Source: Octopus sinensis (lineage: Eukaryota). Taken from it: DNA of 64,000 nt. Location: NCBI RefSeq assembly GCF_006345805.1, contig NC_043009.1:40982001-41046000 (forward strand), written 5' to 3'. The notes under the pieces were generated by a model. It was not told where the DNA came from and ran no database searches. It saw only the letters and a program-made list of their open reading frames with translations. Of this stretch, positions 12,297 through 24,900 are shown piece after piece. Positions within the stretch are counted from its first letter, which is position 1, and each line of letters opens with the position of its first letter. The translations under genes and the position numbers were made by a program.

Positions 12297-13374
12297 TATG
12301 CAACCACCAAACGCAGTGCTGTTACCCACCCAGAGGAATTTGCCCACGACAAGTCTAGGTCGAGAATTCCCTCTATCTTAATCACCCTTGCTCTAGCACC
12401 CATACATTTTTTCTCTAGTCCTAAATTACTTGTGCTCCTCCCAGTAACAGTAACCCAGAAGTTTCATGCTTGATACTGAGAGGGGAGTTCCTGGTGATGA
12501 TCAGATCATTTGCCGGTCAGATTATTTTTTTGTATTTGAAAGCAGGAAAGTCAGAGTTCCTATTTGATGATGGTCTATAAGTTCTCACAAATGGCCTAAT
12601 AGTTTCACATAACCACCTAACTACAATCCTCAACACAAAACATAATAAGCCCTAAAAAAGCAACATAGGTTTTTCACTGAGTTAACTGTTGTGTTTTTAC
12701 AGTATTTTTTTTCTTCACAAATGGATGCTGTTCTTATTCCAAACCTCTTTATGACCTTAATGAAATTTAAAATATACGATCACATTTAACAAAATGAATC
12801 ATTAGACAGTTTTAAGATGTATGGTATCTTTTTAAAATTTTTTTAAATATTTTCACTGGAGAATTTATTGAACTAAAAATGACTAAATGAATTAATGGAA
12901 TATCTATCAGAGGTGAACAAGTTTAACTAAATATTTCCTAATGACCCAATGGAATACAAAGGTAAAAGAAATAGAAGAAAAATAAACATGACTGTCATTT
13001 TAAATCTAATTCCAGAAAAGAAAAAAAAAAAAACGAAAATGGTTGAAATGGTTTATTTATAACATCTTTTCGTAGAAAAGAAACGGAATTTATTCCAAGA
13101 CACCAATAATTTATGGTGCACTATACAATAATGTCATCAACATACATTGTCATTCTTTACGTATACATTTTCAACACACACACACATATATAATAATCAA
13201 TGTCTTCATCTTAACTCTTTTATGATATTTCTAATGACAGATTGCCTTTATGCTTATATTAATTTTCCTGATACCATATTTGATGGTATATACAAGGGGT
13301 AACAGAAAATACAGGAGAATCCATTAATTATGATTTTATTAACACACTTATTGTAGTGGTACTTCAGTTTTTCT

Positions 13375-13663
13375 AATCCCTGTAAAAGAAGTCAGAAGGT
13401 TGGGCCTTTAGCCAGGACTTTTGCAATACCCTAAAAGCCACGAACTTTTTGGCACCCCCTCGTAAAACATACTTACCCCCCCCAAATGCCTCAAAAGTCA
13501 CCCTGGGTTTTATATGTAAAGTTACTTTGAATATTACATGTAGTAATGCACTAAAAGCTATTTTTTTCCCTCGAATATGATCGGCTGAAAATGGGAAGCA
13601 TCTAATATAGCCATGCATCTTTTGAGCCATCAAATACAGTTATCAAGATTTTAGAAGGGTTAA
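13375..13663. mobile_element. piggyBac-type DNA transposon terminal fragment
   Basis: Ends ..tagaagggTTAA (CCC terminus plus TTAA). The opposite terminus was not found. Confidence 0.4.
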
Positions 13664-14805
13664 TGAAGTACCTAGCTTTATATATTAGTTTCAAATTTTT
13701 GGCACAAGGCCAGCTATTTCAAACGACGGGTAAGTCAATTACATCGACCTCATTTCTCAACTGCTGCTTAATTTATTAACCCCTGAAAGGGATAGAAGGC
13801 AAAGTTGACCTTGGTGGAATGTGAACTCAGAACATAAAGGCGAATGAAATGCTGCTAAGCACTTTGCCCAGCATGCTAACGATTCTGCCAGCTCTCTGCT
13901 TTCTTAACTTGATGAAGGTGCATAGCCAAGAGGTTAGGGAATCCAACTAATCATCTTCATATCAAAGGTTCAAGTCTTATGCAAGGTAGTGCAATGTGTC
14001 CTAGAACAAGGAACTTTATTCCAAAGAAATAAATGCAGAACAATAATAATATTGTATGTTCATGTATTTGTTTTGCAAGAATCTTGATGTGAAATTGTGT
14101 GTTGGAACAGATATAGCTATTCTTTGGGTGGTCATATTTTGCCAATCAATTTCATAATTTTTTAGCTTTATTATTATTTTGGTTTCTTTGGCAAAGCGCT
14201 TTTAGTTTCTTTGTCAAAGCACTCTCCAGAAAATGGAACAAGCAGAACAAAAAGAGACGTGAGGGATAAAGAGTCACTGATAAGGTTACAGAAGGTGTGA
14301 TGAAAGAGCTTTGACAAAGAAACTATAATAATAATAATAAAGCTGAGGTGAAGACCAAATATATAGCGTGTGTGTGTGTTTAATTAGCAAAATGTGACCA
14401 TCCCTAAGTATAACTATATGAGACTATCCAATTTTTGTTTAATATTTTGTCAGATTTAAAGCTACAACTGTGAAATGCCAACCTTGATGACGTACAGAAA
14501 GGGTTGAACAACTAAGTATAATTTACAGATCGATATATCTAAATATACCAAGTCTTTCTTTATACTAAGAACCACATTTCACATCCAAGAATGCAGTTGT
14601 TCATTACATGGGTTGCTGTGTGACCATCTATTTCATAGTGGCAGCAGCATAGGACCTTTTGCAAGTGATATGCTATGTCACATGTCAGCCAAAACAGAAA
14701 CTGAAAAGTTTTGAAATTAATTCTGAAACAGTTTTGGGTTATATGTTTATTGTTTAGCAAAACCTTTGATGGAACATAGCCTAGAAATTTATGGGTGGGA
14801 TGCAT

Positions 14806-15321
14806 TTTGATAATAAATGAGCTGCGTTCAGATTCAATTTGATTATGAATGACCCAGAGTGGGACTAAATTTGATTATGAATGACCCAGAGTGGGACTAA
14901 ATTTGATTACAGATGAACCACATGGGGACAACAATTTCATTACAGAAGAACTAAAGTGAGGCTCAGTTTGATTATGAATTACCCAGAGTGGGACTAAATT
15001 TGATTACAGATGAACCAAATGGAGAACACAATTTCATTACAGAAGAACTAAAGTGAGGCTCAGTTTGATAATAAATGACCCTGGGTGGGACTAAATTTGA
15101 TTACAGATGAACCAAATGGAGAACACAATTTCATTACAGAAGAACTAAAGTGAGGCTCAGTTTGATTATAAATGACCCTGGGTGGGACTAAATTTGATTA
15201 CAGATGAACCACATGGGAAACACAATTTCATTATGGGAGAACTAGGGTCAGATTCGATTTGGTTATGAATAACCGGAGGATCGACTTACTCTGATTGCAG
15301 ATGATCTTGGGTGGAACTCAA
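14806..15321. repeat. Minisatellite: 16 monomers of 32-33 bp with a 97-bp three-monomer higher-order repeat
   Basis: Monomer starts at 14806, 14838, 14870, 14902, 14935, 14967, 14999, 15032, 15064, 15096, 15129, 15161, 15193, 15226, 15258 and 15290. Confidence 0.92.
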
Positions 15322-15322
15322 T

Positions 15323-15542
15323 ACTCTTTTCTCTTTTACTTGTTTCAGTCATTTGACTGTGGCCATGCTGGAGCACCGCCTTTAGTCGAGCAAATCAACC
15401 CCAGGACTTATTCTTTGGAAGCCTGGTACTTATTCTATCAGTCTCTATTGATGAATCACTAAGTTACGGGGACATAGACACACCACCATCGTTTGTCAAG
15501 CGATGTTGGGGGACAAACACAGACACACAAACATATACACAC

Positions 15543-15577
<35 letters not shown>

Positions 15578-15738
15578 ACGGGCTTCTTTCAGTTTCCGTC
15601 TATCAAATCCCCTCACAAGGCTTTGGTCAGACCGAGGCTATAGTAGAAGACTCCTGCTCAAGATGCCACGCAGTGGGAATGAACCCGGAACCATGTGATT
15701 GGTAAGCAAGCTACTTACCACACAGCCACTCCTGCGCC
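15323..15738 (-). mobile_element. SINE family A
   Basis: Full reverse-complement copy. Confidence 0.88.
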
Positions 15739-15825
15739 TATGTACAACTTTTGTGAAACTTCATATGGAGCAGCATTGAATGGACTGCAACCAATTAAAC
15801 CAGATTACAATGGATACCTAGCAAT

Positions 15826-16246
15826 CATCATCATCATTGTTCGACCGTGGTCGAGACAATGGAATTAACCATGCTACGCCAGACTTCACAGTCCATCATG
15901 GCATTACGGAGGTCCTGTTGCTGGATGCCTGTATCCCTGGAGATTACATCAGGGTAGGAGAGTGTGCGCCCTCTGGTATTGCGAGTAGATGGCTTCCAGA
16001 GGAGAAGAGTAGAAATTACCTCTTTTTCAGCTCTACAACAATGTCCAACAAACTGGACTCTCCTACCTTTCACAAGAGATGACACAGGTGGTAGTTTCCC
16101 ATATATTTGCATTTTGGTTGGATGGCACTTTCACGAGAGATTTTGAGCTCTCATCAGGAGGCGAGTGTAGGTTCCATCCAACTGCCGCTCAAGCTTCTTT
16201 GATAACGTCCAGGTTTCTGAGCCATATAGTAGAATTGGTTCGACTG
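15826..16246 (-). mobile_element. 5'-truncated RTE-type LINE 3' end with 7-bp TSD
   Basis: Minus ATVEPILLYGSETWTLSKKLERQLDGTYTRLLMRAQNLS..RRVQFVGHCCR..YPDVISRDTG..VEQ* runs into a (TGA)n tail; TAGCAAT at 15819-15825 and 16247-16253. Confidence 0.88.
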
Positions 16247-18069
16247 TAGCAATAGCAACAGTGGTGACACCACTAACAACACCAAAGTAACTGTAGAAGT
16301 TTAGCCATCCATACATAAGGAGAACTAACAGTTAACCAGCTGCTTTTCAACCCAGGAAGGAAAGCAAAGCCTGTCAGATAATGTAAGCAGTAAATAAAAA
16401 TTAAAACAAACATAACTGTAAACCACAACAGAGATTATTTAACGGAACTTAGCTGAAATATTATGCAAATAGAAAAAAAAAATTATAGATATATTTTGTC
16501 TCTGGAGTAAAGTATACTCCATTTTATGAAATCAAAGGTGAAAGAAGAAAAAGAAGATGAATCCAGATATTTATTAGTGAAATGAATATAAAAAGTAAAC
16601 AAACTGAATTTGAAGAGAAAATATTAAGATCTTTGAAGCCAGTGGATAATTTCTGTGAGCAAACAGCAAAGTGGTGGTTAACATTGGTAATAAATATGAT
16701 TAAATGATTTTTGTTTGATAAATTATTAATAAAACAACAGCTAAGGGGGGAAAAAAACCGAAAAGCCAAAATAAATATAAAAAAAACAGCTATGCAAAAA
16801 AAGACCAAAATGAAAAAAGGATCAAAAAGACAAAAATAAAAATTTTAAAAATGAAGGGAATAGATGTGTTTCTTTGGAACTTTCTATAAATCATTATTGT
16901 TCTATACGACCAAATGTTTTAATGTTTTTCTTTTCTAACTTTTAAAGCTGCTTGTTGAATGTCTAAGAAATTTTAAATTTTCAAAAAATGACCAACCATC
17001 TTGTTGTTCTACAATGAGAATGTTGTGTTAAAAGAAACACTTTTTCGCTTCTTAAAAAAATAAAAAATAAAAAAAAAAACGATAAGACATCATTTGTCAA
17101 GTTGTCAAAAAACATTAAAGCAAATCGTGGAAAAATTTAAATATTGAATATATTTCGTTGAAAGCTGATAAAATGAATTTGTTTAAAAACTTGATGTTTT
17201 GTGAGGAATTTGTATTTTTCAATGATTATTATATATAAATCTAAATTTTACACACACAACTTTACCGAAAACACCCAAAAGTTCAATACACAGAATGCAT
17301 GATATCATCATCATCATTATTATATTATTATCATTACTATTATTATTATTACTATTATTATTTGTATTATTTCCTGTTATTATGTATGACAGTATAAGAT
17401 AACAGTAATTCTTCTGAATTTCCAGAGACAAATTAGAATTAAAATGAATAAATAAATAAATGAAAATATTTTTTAAAAATATATACAGAAACCTTTGAAA
17501 ACCTGTCAAAGCTAACACATCATTATATACTTAGAAGGTAAATAAATATAAAATAATATAAAAATAATATAAAACTTTTAATATTAAACTATCAACCCAT
17601 GGATTTTTTCAATTCATTGTTTTTTTTTTATATTTTCATGTTAATTTTTTTTTTCAAAATTCTTTATTTATTTATCTGTTTGAATCAATAGGTATTGATA
17701 AAAATAAAAATTGCATGATATTAAGTTTTAGGCAATTATGTGTTACATATCTATTTATGTATGTATTCGTAGAGATCTGCATATTTTCAAGGCAACAAAT
17801 TCATATATACATTTGCATGGCTATTTTTCCGTTTTATTATTCGCATGCGTGTTTGTATGCACGAGTGTATGTGTATATGCATGCGACTGAGATAGACATG
17901 AGGGAGAGAGCGGGCAGAGGAAGAAAAAGGAAGTGGATGTGTATGCAATGTCAATTATTTTTAAAAAGAATATTTTAAACGTGTGCCATTTTGAATGAGA
18001 CCTGAGTTGAAATGCACATCTTTGTCAAAAAATAATCTCCAGATCTGTCAGACTATCGTTCTAGTGAAT

Positions 18070-18075
18070 GAAGAC

Positions 18076-18110
<35 letters not shown>

Positions 18111-18290
18111 CAGCAATAATCACGACAACGATGATTGTGGTGATGATGACAGCAACGATGATGAAGATTGTGATGATGATAATGCTTCTGCTGCTGATGA
18201 TAATGACGATGATGATGATGATGACTATGATGATGATGATGATGATGATTGATAACGATGGTAGCAATGATGATAACGACAATTCGAAGC
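18070..18290. repeat. Compound (GAT)n/(GAC)n trinucleotide repeat
   Basis: Directly visible. Confidence 0.95.
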
Positions 18291-18769
18291 TGACCGAAAA
18301 AAACTAAATAATGCTATAAATCCGAGAACTGATTGAAATATTATGATATGACGATAGATTTCTAACAAAAAAAAAAAGAAAAAAAATCAATCAATGTCAC
18401 ATTTACATACATTATTATCTAGGTATTTATTCTCTTCGACACTTATCAGATTTTTTAATCTCAATGCCTACCTCTACTTCTGATCCTCTCTCTTTCTCTC
18501 GTGTGCTTTCTTCATTTCGATAACTACCACATGTTTTTATATACCACTCTTTTGTCTATTAGTGTTAACCTAACAGTCTATATTTATCGTTAGACTTTCT
18601 GTTTTTTTTTATTTTTATTCTCTCTCTCCCATACTCCTTTGACATAACTTCAAATAACCATTTTTATCACAACTCCAACAATCTAACTAAAATCTGGTTT
18701 TGAAATCTCAGACCAGATCAATGAAGAAGCGAGTTATATTTTAATATTTCTCTAATTTTTAAGGCGGCA

Positions 18770-19420
18770 AACTTGTAGAACTGTTAGCATGCTGGACAAA
18801 CTGCTTAGTGGCGTTTTGTCAGTCTTTACACTCTGAATTCAAATTTCGCCAGGATCAACTTTGCCTTTCAACCTTTCGGGGTCAATAAAATAAGTACCAG
18901 TTGAGCAAAGAGTCCATTGTAATCAACTTGTCCCCTCCCTTGAAATTGCTGGCCTTGTGCCAAACTTTGAAATCAATGTTTCTCAAATAAAAGGCACCAA
19001 GCTGGCACAATTGGCGGCAAGCCAGGCAAACTGCATAGCGGCATTTCGTCATATATATTCAGAGTTCAAATTTCGCCTTTACATTCAGAGTTCAAATTCC
19101 ACTGAGGTCAACTTTGCCTTTCATACTCTTGGGATCAATAAAATGAGTACCAGCTGAGCACTGGCATTACTGTAAAAGACTTGTCTCCTCCCCTCAAATT
19201 GCTGGCCATGTGCTAAAATTTGAAATTAATATTTCTGTAATTAAGGGAGGCAAGCTGGCAGAATCATTAGCACACAGAGCAAACTGCTCAGCAACATTTC
19301 GTACATCTTTATGTTTTGAGTTCAAATTCTGCTGAGGTGAACTTTGCCTTTCATCTTTTCGGAGTGGATAAAATAAGTACCAGTTGAGCACTGGGGTCAA
19401 AGTAAAACTTTGCAATCAAT
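18770..19420 (+). mobile_element. Cluster of 3-4 SINE family C copies
   Basis: aaggcggcaaac..ttagcatgctggac..gagttcaaattc..tttgcctttcatc..gtaccagttgagc repeated. Confidence 0.8.
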
Positions 19421-19789
19421 ATTTCTGTAATTAATTTTCAGTCACGCCTTATTATTTTACACACATTCAGCAGTTTTTATTTTATCCTATGTTCATCACC
19501 AATAAGTTAAAATTTTTCACTATGCACTCCTTTTTTGCTTTTATCTTTCTGTCTTTTATAGAATGAGGAATGAATATGAAGAGAACAGCCTTGTCTTCCC
19601 TGAAGGTACTCCCATTCTCATTTTTATTTACATTAATAATCTTTGATTCATCGGCTTCGAGCCAGACTCAACAAGTTATCTATCTACATCAAGAGGGTTT
19701 TCCCTTATCTTTATTATCTTTACACTAAAACCTTGTCCAAGTTCTTGGTTGGGTTTTTATTAATTTTTTTATTTGTGCTCGACTTTTAC

Positions 19790-20401
19790 AATATACATAC
19801 AAAAAGATATATATAGGTATATATGTGTATATACACACCCTCATACACATATATATATACATGTACATATATACACATATGTATATATACATATACATAC
19901 ATATATATACATATATGTATATATAAATATACATATATGTATATATACATATATACATACATATATATATACATGTGTATGTATATGTATATATACATTT
20001 ATGTATATACATACATATATATATATATACACACACACATATATATACATAGATATACACACACACACATATACACACAAATATTTCAGTGTGTGTATGT
20101 ATGTATTCTTCCCTAAAGAAAATCATGAGATAAGAACTAAAGCACATACTTTTAATGCAATAGCCCCATCAAAATATCTCCCAGCCCTAGCACACACACA
20201 CACACACACACAAACCATCTCCACAACCACTATTTCCTAGTTTCCTACATCTGCTATTACTGATTCCAATTCTATTGGACAGTTCAGAACCAAGCTGAAG
20301 GCACAGACAAGCAGAAGGATAGGTGAATAGATAGATAGATGGGTAAACAGTCTAATAAAGAGTACATATATATATATACATACATAGTTATACATATACG
20401 T

Positions 20402-20445
<44 letters not shown>

Positions 20446-20540
20446 ATAGATATACACAGATATATAGATATCCATATATATATATACACACACACATATA
20501 TATATGTACATATATAAACACATATATATATAGATACATA
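19790..20540. repeat. (TA)n/(CA)n microsatellite fields with ~250 bp of unique sequence between them
   Basis: Directly visible. Confidence 0.9.
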
Positions 20541-20547
20541 CACACAA

Positions 20548-20900
20548 CATCATCGTTTAAAGTTCGCTTTCCATGCTAGCATGGGTTGGACGATTTGACT
20601 GAGGACTGGCAAAACAGATGGCTGCACCAAGCTCCAATCTGATCTGGCAGAGTTTTTACAGCTAGATACCCTTCCTAACACCAACCACTCCAAGAGTGTA
20701 GTGGGTGCTTTTACGTGCCACTGGGACGAGGGCCAGTGAGGCGGTACTGGCAAAGACAACACTCAAATGGTGTTTTTTACGTGCCACCTGCACAGGAGCC
20801 AGTCCAGTGCATTGGTGATGACCTCGCTTGAATGTCTTTTCACATGCCACTGACATTTTTACGTGCCATCTGCACAGAAGCTAGTCAGCTGCTCTGGCAA
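20548..20900 (-). mobile_element. SINE family B
   Basis: catcatcgtttaaagttcgctttccatgctagcatgggttggacg..; internal ttttacgtgcca motif three times. Confidence 0.8.
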
Positions 20901-20940
20901 ATATCGTGTGTGTATATATATATATATATATCATTTATAA

Positions 20941-20981
<41 letters not shown>

Positions 20982-21084
20982 CACACATACATGTATATGT
21001 ATATATATATATATCCATATATACATATATATACACATAAGTAAGTAAATGGAGTTGAACGAAGTTGTTATTAAAATTCTTTTA

Positions 21085-21166
21085 CTTTCGACATATGTTT
21101 CGAAAACAACATGGTATTATTCCAAAGGAATAAACAGTGTAAAATGCAATCTTCTCATCAGGAAAG
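21085..21166 (-). ncRNA. Type I hammerhead ribozyme motif (Penelope/retrozyme-like)
   Basis: Minus strand: stem I CUUUC (21166-62), CUGAUGA (21161-55), stem II GAAGA/UUUUC (21154-50 with 21106-02), GAA (21101-099), stem III AC-AUAU-GU (21098-91), C17 (21090), stem I' GAAAG (21089-85). Predicted cleavage after GUC, between 21090 and 21089. Confidence 0.75.
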
Positions 21167-21316
21167 AAAGAGAGCTTATCTCATCCGTGTTACTTGCGTG
21201 AATTTTGATACCCTGGTAACTGTTTATTGAATTTTCCATGTTAATGGTAAACAAAGGATAATTCAATCATCCATTTACATATATATATATACATATATAT
21301 ATATACACACACACAC

Positions 21317-21362
<46 letters not shown>

Positions 21363-21425
21363 ATGTGTGTGTGTGTGTGTACACAGTCACTCCTGATAAA
21401 TTCCAGACAACATCATACCCTAGGC

Positions 21426-22640
21426 CAGTGATTCTCAACCAGTGTGCCGCAAAATTTTGAATAACCCACTAAGAAAATGCGAAAAACCACATAATCCCAA
21501 TTGAGTATTCACAGTGTGTGGTGTAACATGTTGCAACACAGCTTTTTTTCATTTAGGGATGAGCAAATTGTTTCCAAATGTCACAATGCTAAAAATTCTA
21601 TATCTTGTATTGTTTCATCATTAATATTGATCATAGGACTGGATATTGGTCAATAATTGCCTTAGGGTGGAGGACCCCTCCCACCAAGAAAAAAGATTTA
21701 TCATATCATGCATTTTTTTTTCACTTTTATGGTAGAATCTACCTCTAAAACTGAGACAAATTATATATTTCTTTTCATTCTGGTCTTAAATTTTGCTGAG
21801 ATATGACCAAAAATGGTTGAAAATTAGAGTTATTTTCAGAGTTCTTTTGAGAAAAACCAAATAAGCTATGAAGATGATTTGTACATTTTTAGAATCAGAA
21901 AACCACTCATTGTATGGTAATAAAAGCCATTTTTTGTTTTTAAATTTTGGAAAAAATTGCTTTCTACATAGAAAAGTTATTGTTTCAAAAATATTGCAGG
22001 AAGATTTAAATGTTGTGATACATCAAGTTGTTGGAATGGTCAATTATATAAAAAGTAGACCATTGAAGTCATGATTATTTGAACTGCACAAAGAGATGGA
22101 CTCTCAGTATATTATGTTATTAATGCACACCAAGGTTTGCTGGTTGTTGAAAGGCAAAGTACTAAATCATGTTCATGAACTGATAGTAATTCTTTGAATT
22201 ACTATCATTTTTTTTCTCCAAGAAAAGCAGGAGAAATTCTGTGAAGACCTTAGTTGCAAATTTTGGATGTCTAAAATGGAATACCTAACAGAAATATTTA
22301 GCGAACTGAATAAAACAAACAATAGTATGCAAGGTAAAAACGAAAATATTCTCACTAACAGATAAGTTAGTTGCTCTCAAAAAGAAAATTGTGATTTGGT
22401 AAAAAATAGCAATGACTGACAATCTTAATATGGTCCCTTTATTGTGTTCTATCTGCATTAGAGAAATGATCCCTATTGTAGTTACTCGTCTGACAGCCCT
22501 GGACGAAAGCATCAACAATTACTTTCCATCAGTAAAGACAGAGAAATATGGTTGGATTAAAAATCTTTTCATAACTCATTCCTCCAATATTGAACTTGAG
22601 TTACAGGAAGAAGAATTGGCAACCTATTTGTGTAGGTGAC
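21426..22640 (+). mobile_element. Decayed hAT (Buster/Charlie-type) transposon: left terminus plus transposase fragment
   Basis: Terminus cagtgattctcaacc at 21426. From ~21990: LNVVIHQVVGMVNYIKSRPLKS*LFELHKEMDSQY..HTKVCWLLKGKVL..WMSKMEYLTEIFSELNKTNNSMQGKNENIL, with stops and frameshifts. Confidence 0.75.
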
Positions 22641-23403
22641 AACAACATGACAACAGGTAAAAGAACATTACTTTTTACTCTTTTACTTGTTTCAGTCATT
22701 TGACTGTGGCCATGCTGGAGCACTGCCTTTAGTCGAGCAAATCAAACCCAGGACTTATTCTTTGGAAGCCTAGTACTTATTCCTGATGTACACCAATGAT
22801 CATTATATTGTACTGGCAACCTTTCATCTAAATTTATATAATAGTTATATTTTTATGATTTTTATACTAGACCAACAGCATATTGTCAAAATTACTAGAT
22901 TCTAACAAGATTGAGAAATTTTATACAGAGAAAACACCACAGAACCTTATGAGTTAATAGTTCTCCAAAATACTCCCCTACATCACTCGATACCTAAGAT
23001 TCCCCACTCTTCTTGACACTGATGGAATGCATGAATGAAACAGTCTTTATAAGCCACATCACAAGCTACCCACATAGGAGGGCAGTAACTCTGAATAAGA
23101 ATTAACAGAGGATGCACAGAGCTTGCATGCGATAGCCAATCAACTGTCAAGGAAACCACAAACTGCATCTAGCATGCACTGTAAAGTAGTTCATGTGAGA
23201 AAGGGCATCTGGCTATAGAAACATGTTGCCATGGTTACAACAGCCATTACAATGGTTTTACCATTAACTAGGACTGCTAATTAATAAATAATTCATAATT
23301 AATTCTGTAACTTCAGCTGCTGTTATTCTTTTATCCTTAATCATCTTCCTAATCACTAGCCAAGGAAGGGGTTGTTATCATCATCATCATCATCATCAAC
23401 ATC

Positions 23404-23968
23404 TATTAACATGTACTGCAGTAAATTAATTATTATAATGTTTATCATCATAAATTAACAGCAAACTGATTATCCCACATTAACATGTACCTCACTTCAC
23501 TAGTTATCTTACACTGTCATGAACCATAATTAACTAATTGTCTTACATTAGCATGCACAACAGTTAACTAATTATATTGCATTAGCATATACTTCACTTC
23601 ACGAATTATCTCGTAATAACATGTACCCTAATTAATTATCTTACATTAAAATGTTCCTTACTTAACTAATCTCACATTAGCAAGTACCAAATTTAATTAG
23701 TTATCTTACACTAACATGTACCTTACTGAACTAATTATTACACATTAATATGTTCCACAATCAAAATAATTATCGCAAATCAACATGTAACATATTTAAC
23801 TAATTACCTTACATTAATATGTACCTCACTTCACTAATTATTCACGTTAACGAGTACCACAACTGATTATCTTACAATAACATGCACCTCAAAAATCTAT
23901 CTTATATTAACAGGTACCTTTACATAACTAACTAACTCATGTCAACATATACTGCACTTAAAATATCC
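23404..23968. repeat. Degenerate ~30-36 bp minisatellite, ~17 copies
   Basis: Consensus roughly acattaacatgtacctcacttaactaattatctt. Confidence 0.85.
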
Positions 23969-24552
23969 CAGATGTTCGAGATACATTTGGCAAACATGCT
24001 ACATGTTTAAGCTAAATCATGGTAAGCCCCAATGTGCTGATGATGTAAAATAAGGATAAAACCCATATTTAAGATATATCACAACAAACATGCGAACATT
24101 TAAGATGCACAATGGAAAACTATAGCAATTTCATATTTGTGGTTTTTCTGACATTTATGAAGAAACGAAAAAAAAAAAAGAAAAAAAAGCAATGACTCAA
24201 AATAATTATAAATAAATATTTGCTCCCAAAATGATACAAAACAAAATAAATATTTGTGATATTTGATTCCTTAATAATAATAATAATAATAATAATAATT
24301 ATAATAATAATAATAATAATAATGATGATGATGATAATGATATAAAAATAGCAACGCTGGTAATAAAATATTGAAACACTGCATTTTATCAAGAAAAATG
24401 TTTGAAAGAGTGGGCATAAAGGCTCATCTCTTACACCATCCGATCCTTATTTACAATGTAAATGGAGTAAACAGACATATAATCACATACACTTACTACA
24501 TGTTCATAAATGCACAGATTCATGAATATATATGCATGTATGTATATATAGG

Positions 24553-24900
24553 TGTAGGAGTGGCTGTGTGGTTAGTAGCTTGCTTACCAACCACATTGTT
24601 CCAGGTTCAGTCCCACTACGTGGCACCTCGGGCAAATTTCTTCTACAATAGCCTCGGGCCGACCAAAGCCTTGTGAGTTGATTTGGTAGACGGAAACTGA
24701 AAGAAGCCCGTCATATATATGTGTGTGTGTGTCTGTCTGTCCCACCAACATTGCCTGACAACCCATGCTGGTGTGTTTAAGTCTCTGTAACTTAGCGGTT
24801 TGGCAAAATAGACCAATAGAGTAAGTACTACACTAACAAAGAATAAGTTCTGGGTTCGATTTGTTTGACTAAAGACGGTAATAACTGAAACAAGTAAAAT
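24553..24900 (+). mobile_element. SINE family A
   Basis: gtaggagtggctgtgtggttagtagc... to ...actgaaacaagtaaaat. Confidence 0.85.

Noticed and set aside
11890-12473. Recurrent ORFs ending YQIHSQGFGRPEAIVEDTCPRCHAVGLNPEPCGW, resembling a gene family
   Set aside because: They are antisense translations of SINE A copies.
14806-15321. CRISPR-like regular array
   Set aside because: The 'spacers' are themselves repeated (A/B/C monomers), there are no cas genes and the context is eukaryotic. It is a minisatellite.
17995-18307. Poly-Asp, poly-Met and poly-Ile ORFs
   Set aside because: Translations of a (GAT)n repeat; open in several frames with no unique coding context.
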